From: an uncultured Dehalococcoidia bacterium
GTDB lineage: Bacteria > Chloroflexota > Dehalococcoidia > Lucifugimonadales > UBA6927
NCBI GenBank assembly: GCA_964637555.1
Contig: CAZWTJ010000002.1
Location: 1-59,656, forward strand
Length of the DNA stretch: 59,656 bases
Direction: 5' to 3'
Shown: piece after piece, positions 36,822-47,111 of the stretch
Position numbering within the stretch: position 1 is the first letter of the stretch
Layout of the letters: every line of letters begins with the position of its first letter
Notes under the pieces: generated by a model
Databases searched by the model: none
What the model was told of the DNA's origin: nothing
The model's input: only the letters and a program-made list of their open reading frames with translations
Translations under genes and position numbers: made by a program

Positions 36822-38282
36822 ATGACGAACCAGAAGATAATTTCCAGAGAAACAGGTGTTCAAGAATCCGATTATAAATGGGGTTTTGATATAGACATCG
36901 ATACGGATAAAATCCCAAAAGGGATTAATCAAGATATTGTTCGGTTAATATCTAAGAAAAAAAATGAGCCTGAATGGATGACCGAATGGAGACTAAAAGC
37001 ATTCGAACATTGGATTAAGCAAGAAGACCAACATCCAAATTGGGCAAATGTTGAATTTCCAGAAATAAATTTCCAGGACATGGTGTATTATGCAGCCCCA
37101 AAATCTAACAGTGATGGCCCCAAAAGCCTTGAAGACGTAGATCCTGAGATCTTAGAAGCTTTTGATAAATTAGGTATACCTTTAGAGGAACAAAAAAAAC
37201 TATCTGGAGTAGCCGTAGACGCAGTTTTAGATAGTGCATCAGTTGCGACAACTTACAAAAAACTTCTAGAAGAAGCTGGTGTTATTTTCTGTCCCATTAG
37301 TGAAGCAATAATCAATCACCCCGAAATTGTACAAAAGTATATTGGTTCAGTGGTTCCATATTCGGACAATTTCTATGCTTCGTTAAATTCTGCTGTTTTC
37401 AGCGATGGATCGTTTGTATACGTACCACCAGGAGTCAGATGCCCTGTAGAACTCATGACATATTTTCGTATAAACGAAGTCGACACCGGTCAATTCGAGA
37501 GGACTTTAATAATCGCAGATAAAGGGAGCTACGTTAGCTATCTGGAGGGATGTACAGCACCTATTAGAAAAACAAACCAACTACATGCAGCCGTTGTTGA
37601 GCTTGTGGCTTTAGAGGATGCCGAAATTAAATATTCAACACTTCAAAATTGGTACCCTGGTGACAAAAATGGTGAAGGCGGAGTATTTAACTTTGTTACA
37701 AAACGAGGTTTATGTAGTGGATCGAACTCAAAGATTTCGTGGACTCAAGTTGAAACAGGATCGGCAATCACATGGAAATATCCAAGTGTAATTTTAAAGG
37801 GTGAAGGTTCAGTTGGTGAATTTTTTTCGGTTGCTCTTGTAAATAATTTTCAACAAGCTGACACCGGAACAAAAATGATCCACATTGGAAAAGACACTCG
37901 CAGCACTATCGTTGCTAAAGGAATTTCAGCAGGCAAAGCTCAAAACACCTACCGTGGCATGGTGAAAATCATGCCTTCAGCTTCAAATGCTAGAAATTTC
38001 ACTCAATGTGATTCCCTACTAATAGGAGATGAGTGCGGTGCGCACACAGTCCCATACATTGAGGTTAGAAATCCATCAGCCAGCATGGCGCATGAAGCTA
38101 CTACCAGCAAAGTTAATGACGACCAACTTTTCTACGCTCAACAGCGTGGAATTACGCTTGACGATGCCAATTATATGATTATTAATGGCTTTTGCCGGGG
38201 GATTTTCAAGGAACTACCTTTTGAATTTGCTGCAGAAGCATCACAACTTTTAAGAGTAAATCTGGAGGGCACAGTAGGCTAA
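36822..38282 (+). CDS. sufB: Fe-S cluster assembly protein SufB
   Basis: 486 aa. [28 protein letters not shown] and [11 protein letters not shown] blocks. First gene of the suf operon. Confidence 0.95.
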   Translation: MTNQKIISRETGVQESDYKWGFDIDIDTDKIPKGINQDIVRLISKKKNEPEWMTEWRLKAFEHWIKQEDQHPNWANVEFPEINFQDMVYYAAPKSNSDGPKSLEDVDPEILEAFDKLGIPLEEQKKLSGVAVDAVLDSASVATTYKKLLEEAGVIFCPISEAIINHPEIVQKYIGSVVPYSDNFYASLNSAVFSDGSFVYVPPGVRCPVELMTYFRINEVDTGQFERTLIIADKGSYVSYLEGCTAPIRKTNQLHAAVVELVALEDAEIKYSTLQNWYPGDKNGEGGVFNFVTKRGLCSGSNSKISWTQVETGSAITWKYPSVILKGEGSVGEFFSVALVNNFQQADTGTKMIHIGKDTRSTIVAKGISAGKAQNTYRGMVKIMPSASNARNFTQCDSLLIGDECGAHTVPYIEVRNPSASMAHEATTSKVNDDQLFYAQQRGITLDDANYMIINGFCRGIFKELPFEFAAEASQLLRVNLEGTVG

Positions 38283-38283
38283 T

Positions 38284-39042
38284 ATGTCTAATCAAAAAAA
38301 CCAACTCATAGAAATTTCTAATCTTCATGTTTCTGTTGAAGAAACGGAGATCCTTAAAGGACTAAATCTAACAATCAATTCTGGTGAAGTCCACGCAATT
38401 ATGGGGCCTAATGGATCAGGCAAAAGTACTTTGGCAAATGTTATCGCTGGTCGTCCTGAATATAAAATCACGGACGGAAGTATTTCTTTTTGCAATCAGA
38501 ACCTTTTAGAAATGGATCCTGAAACTAGGGCAAGGGAAGGCTTGTTCTTGGCATTTCAGTATCCTGTTGAACTTCCCGGAGTAAGATCATGGCAATTCTT
38601 GAAATCCGCAGTTGATGCTAAACGTCAATATTCTGGAGAATCCGAAATGAAGATCAGAGAATTTGACACTTTATTAAGTAGCAAGATCAAAATAATGGAA
38701 GTCGATGAAGATCTAGTAAAAAGATCTGTAAACGAAGGATTCTCAGGAGGTGAAAAAAAGCGTAACGAAATACTTCAAATGCTATTACTTGACCCCAAAC
38801 TTGCCTTACTTGATGAAACTGATTCTGGCCTTGATATAGATGCTCTTAAAATTGTATCTAATGGTGTTAATACTTTCAGGGCTGATGACAAAGGCGTACT
38901 GATGGTGACTCACTATCAACGCATACTTGATTATGTAACTCCCGATTTTGTTCATGTTCTTATTGATGGTCAAATCGCTCTATCTGGAGATAATACATTA
39001 GCCTTAGAGTTAGAGAAACATGGGTACGATTGGGTAAAGTAA
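38284..39042 (+). CDS. sufC: Fe-S cluster assembly ATPase SufC
   Basis: Walker A GPNGSGKST, signature FSGGEKKRNEILQ, Walker B LALLDETDSGLD. Confidence 0.95.
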   Translation: MSNQKNQLIEISNLHVSVEETEILKGLNLTINSGEVHAIMGPNGSGKSTLANVIAGRPEYKITDGSISFCNQNLLEMDPETRAREGLFLAFQYPVELPGVRSWQFLKSAVDAKRQYSGESEMKIREFDTLLSSKIKIMEVDEDLVKRSVNEGFSGGEKKRNEILQMLLLDPKLALLDETDSGLDIDALKIVSNGVNTFRADDKGVLMVTHYQRILDYVTPDFVHVLIDGQIALSGDNTLALELEKHGYDWVK

Positions 39043-39052
39043 TACTAAATTT

Positions 39053-40444
39053 TTGGTGAATTTACAAATGACAAATCTTGCAACACTTCAAAATTACGTC
39101 AAAGAAATCGAAAATCTTCATTCTGGAACTGATCAATCACCAGTCTGGTTGGCTAACGTACGCAGTCAAGCAACAAACAGCTTACTTGATCTTGGATTCC
39201 CTACCTCCAGACGTGGCAACGAGGAATGGAAATACACGAATATCAGCCCAATAGTCAATCAAAAATTTAATTTTCTGAATTCAAAACTTGACTATGACTT
39301 GGATCAAATAAAGAACTCTACTTCTTGGCTTTCTAATGCATATAATCTAGTTGTAATAAATGGTCATTTCATACCTGAAATCTCTGATGAAATCCCAACA
39401 AATGCTAACATATCAATAGAATCACTAGCATCAGCAATTCAATCTGATGATCCTTTAATCCGAGACCACCTTTCACAATATGCCGGATCGGGATTAGGCT
39501 TGTCTACTGCCGATTCTAAAACTTCTGAATCTCATTCATATAGTGCCTTTACTGCTCTAAATACCGCATGTATAAGCCAAGGAATAGTTGTTACAGTAAA
39601 TCCTAATCATCACGAGCCAAGACCAATAAACTTGATATTTGTTTCTACCCTGGAACCCGATCCATTCTTGACACAACCAAGATTATTATTCATTGCTGGA
39701 GAAAGCAGTGAATCAACTGTAATAGAATCGTTTTGTAGCCTATCTGAAAATCAATATTTTACAAATTATGTTTCTGAAATAATCCTAAATCAAAATGCTA
39801 AATTAAATCATTACAAGCTATTGAATGAAAGCTTAAATGCATTTCATGTTGCCTCTCAAGTCACAAATCTTAAAAATGATAGTGAGTTCAATTCTACTGT
39901 CCTAGAAAGAAGTTCGTCTCTTGGAAGAAATGAGGTGTTAGTACAGTTGGATGGTGAAAACAGCTCGTGCAATTTAAACGGCTTATATACTACATCAGGC
40001 TCTCAACACATGGACAACTTTATAAATATAGACCATTTGAAGCCCTACACTACAAGTAGACTATTGTACAAAGGAATCCTATCCGGGAATTCGAGAGCGG
40101 TGTTTGGTGGTACAGTTTATGTTCAACCTGGAGCAATCAAAACAGACTCATTACAATCAGATAAGAATTTGCTCCTCTCACCAAATGCTGAAGTGGATAG
40201 TAAGCCTGCATTATTCATATATGCTGACGATGTTAAATGTGGGCATGGAGCTACAGCAGGTAATATTGATAAAGATACACTTTTCTATCTTCGTAGTAGA
40301 GGAATTGACTTGGAAAGTGCCAGCAAATTGCTGATCTACGGTTTTGCTCGCGAAATTATCGATATTATTGAGTTTCAGCCTCTACATGACTTGGTTGAGA
40401 AGCTGTTCCTTGATTCTTTACCAAATTATAAATTCCAATTCTAG
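39053..40444 (+). CDS. sufD: Fe-S cluster assembly protein SufD
   Basis: 463 aa. C-terminal beta-helix blocks similar to SufB (LLLSPNAEVDSKPALFIYADDVKCGHGATAG, FYLRSRGI). The start is TTG 39053 or ATG 39068. Confidence 0.85.
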   Translation: MVNLQMTNLATLQNYVKEIENLHSGTDQSPVWLANVRSQATNSLLDLGFPTSRRGNEEWKYTNISPIVNQKFNFLNSKLDYDLDQIKNSTSWLSNAYNLVVINGHFIPEISDEIPTNANISIESLASAIQSDDPLIRDHLSQYAGSGLGLSTADSKTSESHSYSAFTALNTACISQGIVVTVNPNHHEPRPINLIFVSTLEPDPFLTQPRLLFIAGESSESTVIESFCSLSENQYFTNYVSEIILNQNAKLNHYKLLNESLNAFHVASQVTNLKNDSEFNSTVLERSSSLGRNEVLVQLDGENSSCNLNGLYTTSGSQHMDNFINIDHLKPYTTSRLLYKGILSGNSRAVFGGTVYVQPGAIKTDSLQSDKNLLLSPNAEVDSKPALFIYADDVKCGHGATAGNIDKDTLFYLRSRGIDLESASKLLIYGFAREIIDIIEFQPLHDLVEKLFLDSLPNYKFQF

Positions 40445-40454
40445 AAGGTAAAAG

Positions 40455-40910
40455 ATGTACGATTTTCAAGATCTATATCAAGAAGTAGTCATGGACCACA
40501 ATCGTAGCCCCAGAAATTTTGGTGACTTAGAAGAATCGACCAACTCATCTGAGGGATACAATCCATTTTGTGGTGATCAACTCACATTAAACCTCAAAAT
40601 TGAATCTGGACTGATAGCAGATGTTTCTTTTACAGGTACTGGTTGCGCAATATCTAAAGCATCTGCATCCATGATGACTGAGAGTATTAAAGGTCAGACT
40701 ATTGAAGATGCAAATTTAATTTTTCAAGAATTCAGGAAAATGCTCACTCAAGCAGACAAGGACATTACGCTGAATGTAGAGCTTCTAGGGGATCTAGAAA
40801 TTTTATCAGGGATATCACAATTTCCAGCAAGAATAAAATGTGGAATTTTAGCTTGGCACACTATGCAATCGGCCATTGAAAGCGAAAATTCTACTGTTAC
40901 TACTGAATAA
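40455..40910 (+). CDS. sufU: SufU-type Fe-S scaffold/sulfur acceptor (copy 1)
   Basis: NPFCGDQLTL, GTGCAISKASASMM and RIKCGILAWHTM carry the three Cys plus Asp ligands. Confidence 0.85.
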   Translation: MYDFQDLYQEVVMDHNRSPRNFGDLEESTNSSEGYNPFCGDQLTLNLKIESGLIADVSFTGTGCAISKASASMMTESIKGQTIEDANLIFQEFRKMLTQADKDITLNVELLGDLEILSGISQFPARIKCGILAWHTMQSAIESENSTVTTE

Positions 40911-40934
40911 AATTAACTGATTGGGAGAAATCTT

Positions 40935-41369
40935 ATGATACAAATTCCAATTCGTGTAGACTACGGAGTCCGTGCTTTAGTGGATATCGCAATAAATGCT
41001 AATCAAGGACCAGTAAAAACCTCAGATATAGCAATTCGAACTAGCATACCAAAATCATATCTTGTTCGGATATTAAATACTTTTAAAAAATTGCAAATAC
41101 TTGAATCTCGTAGAGGTAAAGGAGGGGGCCACTTACTAAAAACCCCTGCAGAAAGTCTTAAATTATCACTCATTTTAGAATCACTAGATTCGAAATTCAG
41201 TCCAGTACATTGCATTGATGATGCTGAAAAATGTAACCTGTCTCCGTCATGTGCTCAAAGAGATGTTTGGATTGATGTCCAAAAATCTGTTTATTCAGTA
41301 TTATCACAGACAACAATAGCTGATTTAGTAGAAAAATCATCAAATCCAAAAATTATTAACATCCACTAG
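40935..41369 (+). CDS. Rrf2 family transcriptional regulator (Fe-S sensing type)
   Basis: N-terminal winged HTH (SDIAIRTSIPKSYLVRILNTFKKLQILESRRGKGGG) and a Cx6Cx5C cluster-ligand motif (HCIDDAEKCNLSPSC). Confidence 0.8.
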   Translation: MIQIPIRVDYGVRALVDIAINANQGPVKTSDIAIRTSIPKSYLVRILNTFKKLQILESRRGKGGGHLLKTPAESLKLSLILESLDSKFSPVHCIDDAEKCNLSPSCAQRDVWIDVQKSVYSVLSQTTIADLVEKSSNPKIINIH

Positions 41370-41383
41370 CTTCTGGTAGGCAT

Positions 41384-42622
41384 ATGTTCGATCATAAAAA
41401 AATTATTTCCGATTTCCCAATCCTTCAGAGGAAACTCTACGATAATAAAAGGCTAATTTATCTGGATAATGCTTCTACATCTCAAAAACCCCGGCAGGTC
41501 ATCAAATCTTTAGTTGATTATTATGAAAACACAAATTCAAATGTTCACAGAGGTGTTCATGCACTCAGTATGGAAGCAACCGATGAATATGAGAAAGCCA
41601 GAGAAAAAGTGGCCGCTTTTATTGGCGCGCCCCAACCTGAATCAATTATTTGGACTAGAAACACTACTGAAGGAATTAACTTAGTTGCACAAACTTGGGC
41701 CCAAGCTAACATCTCTGAAGGAGATGAGATTCTAGTCACAGCCATGGAACATCACAGCAATTTAGTTCCATGGCAAAAAGTAGCTTCTGAGAAGAATGCA
41801 ACTCTTAAAATTATTCCATTAAATGAAGATCAAACCTTAGATCTATCTTCGATTGACGAACTAATCAATCACCGAACAAAGCTAGTTTCTATCGTTCACA
41901 TGTCAAATTCTATAGGCACCATTAATCCAGTAGAGATACTTTCATATCACGCAAAGAAAGTCGGAGCATATGTACTGATAGATGGGGCACAAAGTGTTCC
42001 TCATATGCCTGTGAATGTAGCTGATTTAGATTGCGATTTCTTAGCATTTTCGGGTCACAAAATGCTAGGACCCACTGGAATTGGTGTCCTATATGTGAAA
42101 AAGAAAGTCTTAGAAGGAATGGATCCATTCCTTCGAGGCGGTGAAATGGTTTTAGAAGTAAATTATCAAAGCGCTACATGGAATGACTTACCCATGAAAT
42201 TCGAAGCTGGAACTCCAAATATTGCAGATGCGATTGCTCTTGGATCAGCTATTGATTATTTAAACGAGATAGGTATGGATAACGTTCACACTCATGAATT
42301 CAATTTAACGAAATATGCCTTAGATCAATTTACCCAACTAGATCACGATCTAGAATTATTAGGTCCTACTGATCCGCAATCCCGTGGAGGGATTTTTTCA
42401 TTCCATCACCCTACTGTACATCCTCATGATCTTGGAACTTTATTAGATAGGCGCGGGATAGCAGTCAGAACTGGACACCATTGTACTATGCCATTAATAC
42501 GGCAATTAGAGCTTTCTGCTACTGCAAGAGCAAGTTTTTATATTTACAATACTGAGCAAGATATAGACGAACTCATTGAAGGATTGAAAGAATCTTTGGG
42601 TTACTTTTTAAATGCCACCTAG
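41384..42622 (+). CDS. sufS: Cysteine desulfurase SufS (group II)
   Basis: PLP-Lys block FSGHKMLGPTGIGVLY and catalytic Cys block RTGHHCTMPL. Confidence 0.9.
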   Translation: MFDHKKIISDFPILQRKLYDNKRLIYLDNASTSQKPRQVIKSLVDYYENTNSNVHRGVHALSMEATDEYEKAREKVAAFIGAPQPESIIWTRNTTEGINLVAQTWAQANISEGDEILVTAMEHHSNLVPWQKVASEKNATLKIIPLNEDQTLDLSSIDELINHRTKLVSIVHMSNSIGTINPVEILSYHAKKVGAYVLIDGAQSVPHMPVNVADLDCDFLAFSGHKMLGPTGIGVLYVKKKVLEGMDPFLRGGEMVLEVNYQSATWNDLPMKFEAGTPNIADAIALGSAIDYLNEIGMDNVHTHEFNLTKYALDQFTQLDHDLELLGPTDPQSRGGIFSFHHPTVHPHDLGTLLDRRGIAVRTGHHCTMPLIRQLELSATARASFYIYNTEQDIDELIEGLKESLGYFLNAT

Positions 42623-43064
42623 TAATATCGACAATTTATATGATGAAGTAATACTTGATCACTGTCGAAAACCCAGGAATGGGATTCCCTTGACTAAAGT
42701 TGATATTGAGTCATCAGCAGTAAATCCATTTTGTGGAGATGAAGTAAAATTCCAATTCGAATTGATGAAATCAACTCACATTTCAAATATCTTCCATCAT
42801 GCAATTGGATGTTCAATTAACAAAGCGTCCGCCTCAATTTTATCTGAAGTAATCAAAGGAAGATCTCTAACAGACATTGATCGAATATCCAGGGGATTTC
42901 GCACGATGATGACTTCAGATGAATTTTCGAATGATGCTGAATTAATTGGGGATCTAAAAGTGCTTCTTTCAGTCAAAAATTTTCCTATTCGGATTAAATG
43001 TGCGCTTCTAGCTTGTAATGCAATAGATGATGGAATTAAAAAAATTCGATTAAAAGAAATTTAG
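42612..43064 (+). CDS. sufU: SufU-type scaffold paralog (copy 2)
   Basis: NPFCGDEVKF, AIGCSINKASASIL and RIKCALLACNAI retain all ligand residues. 11-nt overlap with sufS. Confidence 0.75.
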   Translation: MPPSNIDNLYDEVILDHCRKPRNGIPLTKVDIESSAVNPFCGDEVKFQFELMKSTHISNIFHHAIGCSINKASASILSEVIKGRSLTDIDRISRGFRTMMTSDEFSNDAELIGDLKVLLSVKNFPIRIKCALLACNAIDDGIKKIRLKEI

Positions 43065-44941
43065 TCGACCCAAGTTTTGGCCCAATAAAAATACTCATAG
43101 CCATTGGAGACTGGATAAAATCCTCTGACTCGATTTTTCCATGCCCAAAAATTCATCCTAGTAAATGGAAGAAACCTATGCGCATCCTCCATACTTAATC
43201 GTTGAATTTCCTTAATTTGATCTCGCCTAATATCTGGATCCATTAATCCAATTTGAGATTCAATCAGTTCATCAATCTTAGGATTACTAATATTTGAACC
43301 ATTCCACAAACCCCCACTGTGTAGCACTCTCGTAAAATATACATTCGGGAAACTAGATGGAGCTGGAGGACCAACAAGCATTTCATAATTGCCTCCAATC
43401 CAAGCATCTTCAGCAAATTCTCTCCTGTTTAAGATTTTGACTTCTACCAAAAATCCTGCATCAATCAATTGGGATTGAATAATTTTTGAATACTCTATAT
43501 AAGAATCCCCAAAATCTCCTACAGAGATTTCAAAGGCAATAGGTTGAGAACCTTGCATATATGACAAGATTTGCGAAGACTTTTGTGGTGAATTAATAAA
43601 GGATTTTAAAATTTGATCTTGTAACATCCATTCATCCGAAAGGAGTGGAATTCCTACACTCGTAATAACATTAACAGGACTTATACTCTTATTGGCTTCA
43701 TCCGGATCAAGCGCATAAAAGACGGCTCTACGAATTTCTCTCTCTCGAAAAATTTCTGAATTTGCATTTAATGCAATCTCAATACCTGTTCCAAATTCTG
43801 GAGAAAGAATATAATCTGAATTCGGTAAAAATTCTAACAGATCATCAATTTCACTTGTCTCAACTTGAATAATATCAAGTTGATCAGTCGCCGCAAAAGT
43901 CGCTATCCGTGCTGATGAATCTGGTATCACACTGAAAATCAAAGAATCCAAAAATGGGAAATCTGATTCAAAATAATCGGGGTTTCTAGAAAACTTGTGA
44001 AAAGAATCAATTTTTGAAGATTCATATAGCCATGGCCCCGATCCTATTACAGGACCCTCCTGGAGATCATCAAAACTGTCAAATAATTTGGATGAAACAA
44101 TTTTTGAACGCCCATCAGCAAGATGTAACAAAAAATCTGAATCTGGAAACTGAGTAGATAAACGAATATTCGATGGATCTATTATTTCTATCTCAGATAA
44201 AGACCACAAAGTTGGAGAATTGTTTTCATTTAAATTCAATATTCTACTCAAACTGAATTCTACGTCTGCTGTCGTCACTGATTTCCCAACTAATGGGAAA
44301 ACATTTTGCCACTTTGCGTCAGTTCTTAATTTAAACACAAAGGTAGAAAAATCCTCCATTACCCATGATTCACACAAATCACACTGCAGCGACATAGTAT
44401 TGGAGTTATTATTACCCTCTGTATCGAACCGGAGTAATCGACTATATACAATCCCTGGCCCCCAAAGTGCTAAAGAAGGGGAAAATTCCATGTGAACATC
44501 TTGGTGTGAAATACTAGAATTAGTTGCGAAATTTAGCCTTCCTCCATATTTAATTTTCGACAGATCTTGTCGTTTATTCAACAATTGTTCTGTTTTTACA
44601 GGTGTTGCTATTGGAATTACAGTTGGATTGGGTGTCTTAACCAATTTTGTTGAAGAATATTTCTTTTCAGAATTGGATTTTTCGTTGTTAAATTTCTTGA
44701 TACTTGGGGGCGTCAACAATTCTTTTTGATCAGTTTGGGATGATTTATTGTTATAATCTTCTTGGACAGATTCCTTGGACTCAGACACAACATCAGTTTC
44801 CAGATCACTATCTGAGGTTTGGGATAACACATGATCCTCGGAGTTCTGAACATTTTTGCACCCAATCAATATTGAGACAAAACAAATTGCCAGTAGAACA
44901 TAGCTAGTTTTAAGAGCAGTAATTTTAATGAAGTAATACAT
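43061..44941 (-). CDS. ABC transporter substrate-binding lipoprotein, family 5 (peptide/nickel type)
   Basis: Signal peptide with lipobox ILIGC (Cys28), then a ~105-aa Ser/Asp/Glu/Lys/Thr/Pro-rich linker. SBP5 blocks follow (GGRLNFAT, LLRFD, CESWVMED...FKLRTDAKWQN, GSGPWLYES). Confidence 0.75.
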   Translation of the reverse strand: MYYFIKITALKTSYVLLAICFVSILIGCKNVQNSEDHVLSQTSDSDLETDVVSESKESVQEDYNNKSSQTDQKELLTPPSIKKFNNEKSNSEKKYSSTKLVKTPNPTVIPIATPVKTEQLLNKRQDLSKIKYGGRLNFATNSSISHQDVHMEFSPSLALWGPGIVYSRLLRFDTEGNNNSNTMSLQCDLCESWVMEDFSTFVFKLRTDAKWQNVFPLVGKSVTTADVEFSLSRILNLNENNSPTLWSLSEIEIIDPSNIRLSTQFPDSDFLLHLADGRSKIVSSKLFDSFDDLQEGPVIGSGPWLYESSKIDSFHKFSRNPDYFESDFPFLDSLIFSVIPDSSARIATFAATDQLDIIQVETSEIDDLLEFLPNSDYILSPEFGTGIEIALNANSEIFREREIRRAVFYALDPDEANKSISPVNVITSVGIPLLSDEWMLQDQILKSFINSPQKSSQILSYMQGSQPIAFEISVGDFGDSYIEYSKIIQSQLIDAGFLVEVKILNRREFAEDAWIGGNYEMLVGPPAPSSFPNVYFTRVLHSGGLWNGSNISNPKIDELIESQIGLMDPDIRRDQIKEIQRLSMEDAHRFLPFTRMNFWAWKNRVRGFYPVSNGYEYFYWAKTWVD

Positions 44942-45020
44942 AGGATCAAAAAAGTCATTTCATCGTCATAGAAACATAATTGATCGTAGCACATTTGAAA
45001 ATTCATTTTCGGAGCAAAAT

Positions 45021-45815
45021 TTGTTAATCGACTGTCATGCCCATCTTGCAGATTACGAACCAACTGACATCCCAAGCATCTTAAAAAGGGCCAAAAAAGC
45101 AGGAGTTGGAGCAATCATCTCTGCTGGAACTAACATCCAATCATCTTCAAGATGTATTGATTTATCACTTGAGTATCCCTCAATTTTTGCGGGTATCGGT
45201 ATTCATCCATCTGATATCACAAACCCTATTACAGATTTAGAAATCAACAAATTGTATGATCTTGCCAAATCTACTGAAAAATTAGTTGTGATGAGTGAAA
45301 TCGGCTTGGACTTCCAAACCCATTCTCCTGATCGCAAGCTACAATATGATGCATTTAGACAGCAAATCAGAATTGCTCGTGAACTTAAGAAACCAATCAT
45401 TTTCCACAGTAGAAATGCTCACTCAGAAACATTGAGATTATTAAAAGAGGAACGTGGATATGAAGTTGGAGGAGTGATGCATTATTTCCAAGCTGATATA
45501 TCAACCGCCAAATCTGCAATTGATTTGGGGTTTCATATCTCTCTTGCAAAACCATTGTTAAGGCTAGACGAACTTCAAAAAACGACTCAATATTTACCTC
45601 TCGAGTCGTTGGTCATAGAAACTGACTCTTACCCTCAACCTTTTAAGTCTAAAAGAACTTTATGGACTGAACCTCGACATTTAAAAGAGATCATTGAAAA
45701 ACTATCAGAGCTAAAAAATGAAAATGTCCAAAACCTTGAAAAAATACTTGAAAAAAATATTTTTAATGTTTTAGGAACTAAGAACTCTGAAGTAGTTAAA
45801 AAATTTATCCTATGA
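45021..45815 (+). CDS. tatD: TatD family metal-dependent hydrolase
   Basis: LIDCHAHL N-terminus, GIHP, SEIGLD, IFHSR and ETDSYP blocks. TTG start. Confidence 0.85.
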   Translation: MLIDCHAHLADYEPTDIPSILKRAKKAGVGAIISAGTNIQSSSRCIDLSLEYPSIFAGIGIHPSDITNPITDLEINKLYDLAKSTEKLVVMSEIGLDFQTHSPDRKLQYDAFRQQIRIARELKKPIIFHSRNAHSETLRLLKEERGYEVGGVMHYFQADISTAKSAIDLGFHISLAKPLLRLDELQKTTQYLPLESLVIETDSYPQPFKSKRTLWTEPRHLKEIIEKLSELKNENVQNLEKILEKNIFNVLGTKNSEVVKKFIL

Positions 45816-45823
45816 ACCTTATT

Positions 45824-46408
45824 CTAAATCGTCGCTTCATAGTAAGGATACAGAAATAGGAATAAGATTGCCCCGGCAATGAACCACCCTGGAAGTGTTG
45901 AATTTAGTGCCCTAATATTCCCACATTCGTGCAGTGTTCTTATTCCAACTGTTGCAATTGCTAAAACACATAGCCAAACTAACATGCAAATCATTTTTTC
46001 CCATTGAATAGAAAAAGGTAAAAGCAAAAGTAAAACTAAAATCCCAGGAATATAAGCATAACCAGTAGCACGTAAAGTGAGTCTGTATGTGACTTTTCTA
46101 GACAATTCTCTTTCCTTCACAAAATATAGCCTTATCCCCACAAAGTGAGTAATTATTGACCACAGTACCCATCCAAGAAACGTGCTAACGAAGCAAAGGC
46201 TCGCATAATATGCATGAGAAGTGTTCTCATCAGATAATATTTGCTCTATATTCTCTGAAGGATCTAAGAGTACTGTAATTACGATAGCGAATGCTGCAAT
46301 CGCAACTACTGAAATAGACTTAATTAACCAAATGGGGTGGTCACTAATTTTATGATATACCGTCGACTTTAACATCGCACATTGAATTAATTCGTAAATA
46401 TAAGGCAT
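45824..46408 (-). CDS. Multi-pass membrane protein (Yip1-like, tentative)
   Basis: About 194 aa with 4-5 predicted TM helices. The ATG at 46408 overlaps the upstream gene's stop as TGATG. No catalytic motif recognised. Confidence 0.5.
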   Translation of the reverse strand: MPYIYELIQCAMLKSTVYHKISDHPIWLIKSISVVAIAAFAIVITVLLDPSENIEQILSDENTSHAYYASLCFVSTFLGWVLWSIITHFVGIRLYFVKERELSRKVTYRLTLRATGYAYIPGILVLLLLLPFSIQWEKMICMLVWLCVLAIATVGIRTLHECGNIRALNSTLPGWFIAGAILFLFLYPYYEATI

Positions 46409-46956
46409 CAAGACACCCTTGGGTTTTTGTTAATTTGTCTCTGAGATGAATCTTTAATAATAATCCTTTTCATCTCGCTTTCAATCAATCGGAAATCTCT
46501 AGCCGGTAACAAATGCATCAGTTCTATAAATGCCAAAGGCCAATCTTCGGGGTACCAAAATTTCAAATAATCTAACCTTGGAGCAATCACACTTGCGTCA
46601 ATAAATTCTTCGTCATTAAGCACCATTCTAGGTTGCAATTTGACCCGATTAGGCCTCAACTCTCCTATGGATTTAGAGCCATATAAAGGGGAATCATCAT
46701 GAAAGGTTTCAGTTGTGATTATAGCGGTTGCAGCCCAAGATCTTGCACCAGTCAAATAAAATAGAATTCTATCATTCTCGCGTATAGTTTGGGTCATTTC
46801 ATCAAATCGATCTTCGAATCCAAAAACTTTAAAGTCTGAATCTTTCAGGACATGGAAGTTCTCAACGGTTTCTACAACCATCCAATATTTCAAATTGCGG
46901 TTATTTGATTTCTTGCTTTTTGTATTCATTATCTTTTTCCCGATCATATCATACAA
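46408..46956 (-). CDS. PUA-like EVE/ASCH-type domain protein (tentative)
   Basis: 182 aa. After a Lys/Asn-rich N-terminus comes KYWMVVETVENF...DRILFYLTGARSWAATAIIT...RPNRVKLQP...LMHLLPARDFRLIE, which resembles the EVE beta-barrel pattern. Confidence 0.45.
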   Translation of the reverse strand: MYDMIGKKIMNTKSKKSNNRNLKYWMVVETVENFHVLKDSDFKVFGFEDRFDEMTQTIRENDRILFYLTGARSWAATAIITTETFHDDSPLYGSKSIGELRPNRVKLQPRMVLNDEEFIDASVIAPRLDYLKFWYPEDWPLAFIELMHLLPARDFRLIESEMKRIIIKDSSQRQINKNPRVS

Positions 46957-47004
46957 ACCGGAAAAACTTTGGCATACTCAAAAAGCTTTTTTATGCAAAA
47001 AATG

Positions 47005-47033
47005 TTGAAAAAGCAAGATACTAATGATAGATT
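47005..47033 (+). promoter_or_regulatory. Putative sigma-70-type promoter of the yacL-ispD-ispF-cysS operon
   Basis: TTGAAA (47005-47010), a 17-nt spacer, then TAGATT (47028-47033). Lies 78 nt upstream of the ATG at 47112. Confidence 0.3.
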
Positions 47034-47111
47034 TGCGGCGTAAACACTTCAAAGGCTTTTGTAGCAAAATTTTATCGCAGCCTCAATATCAATGTCGTCA
47101 GGCACAAGTTC

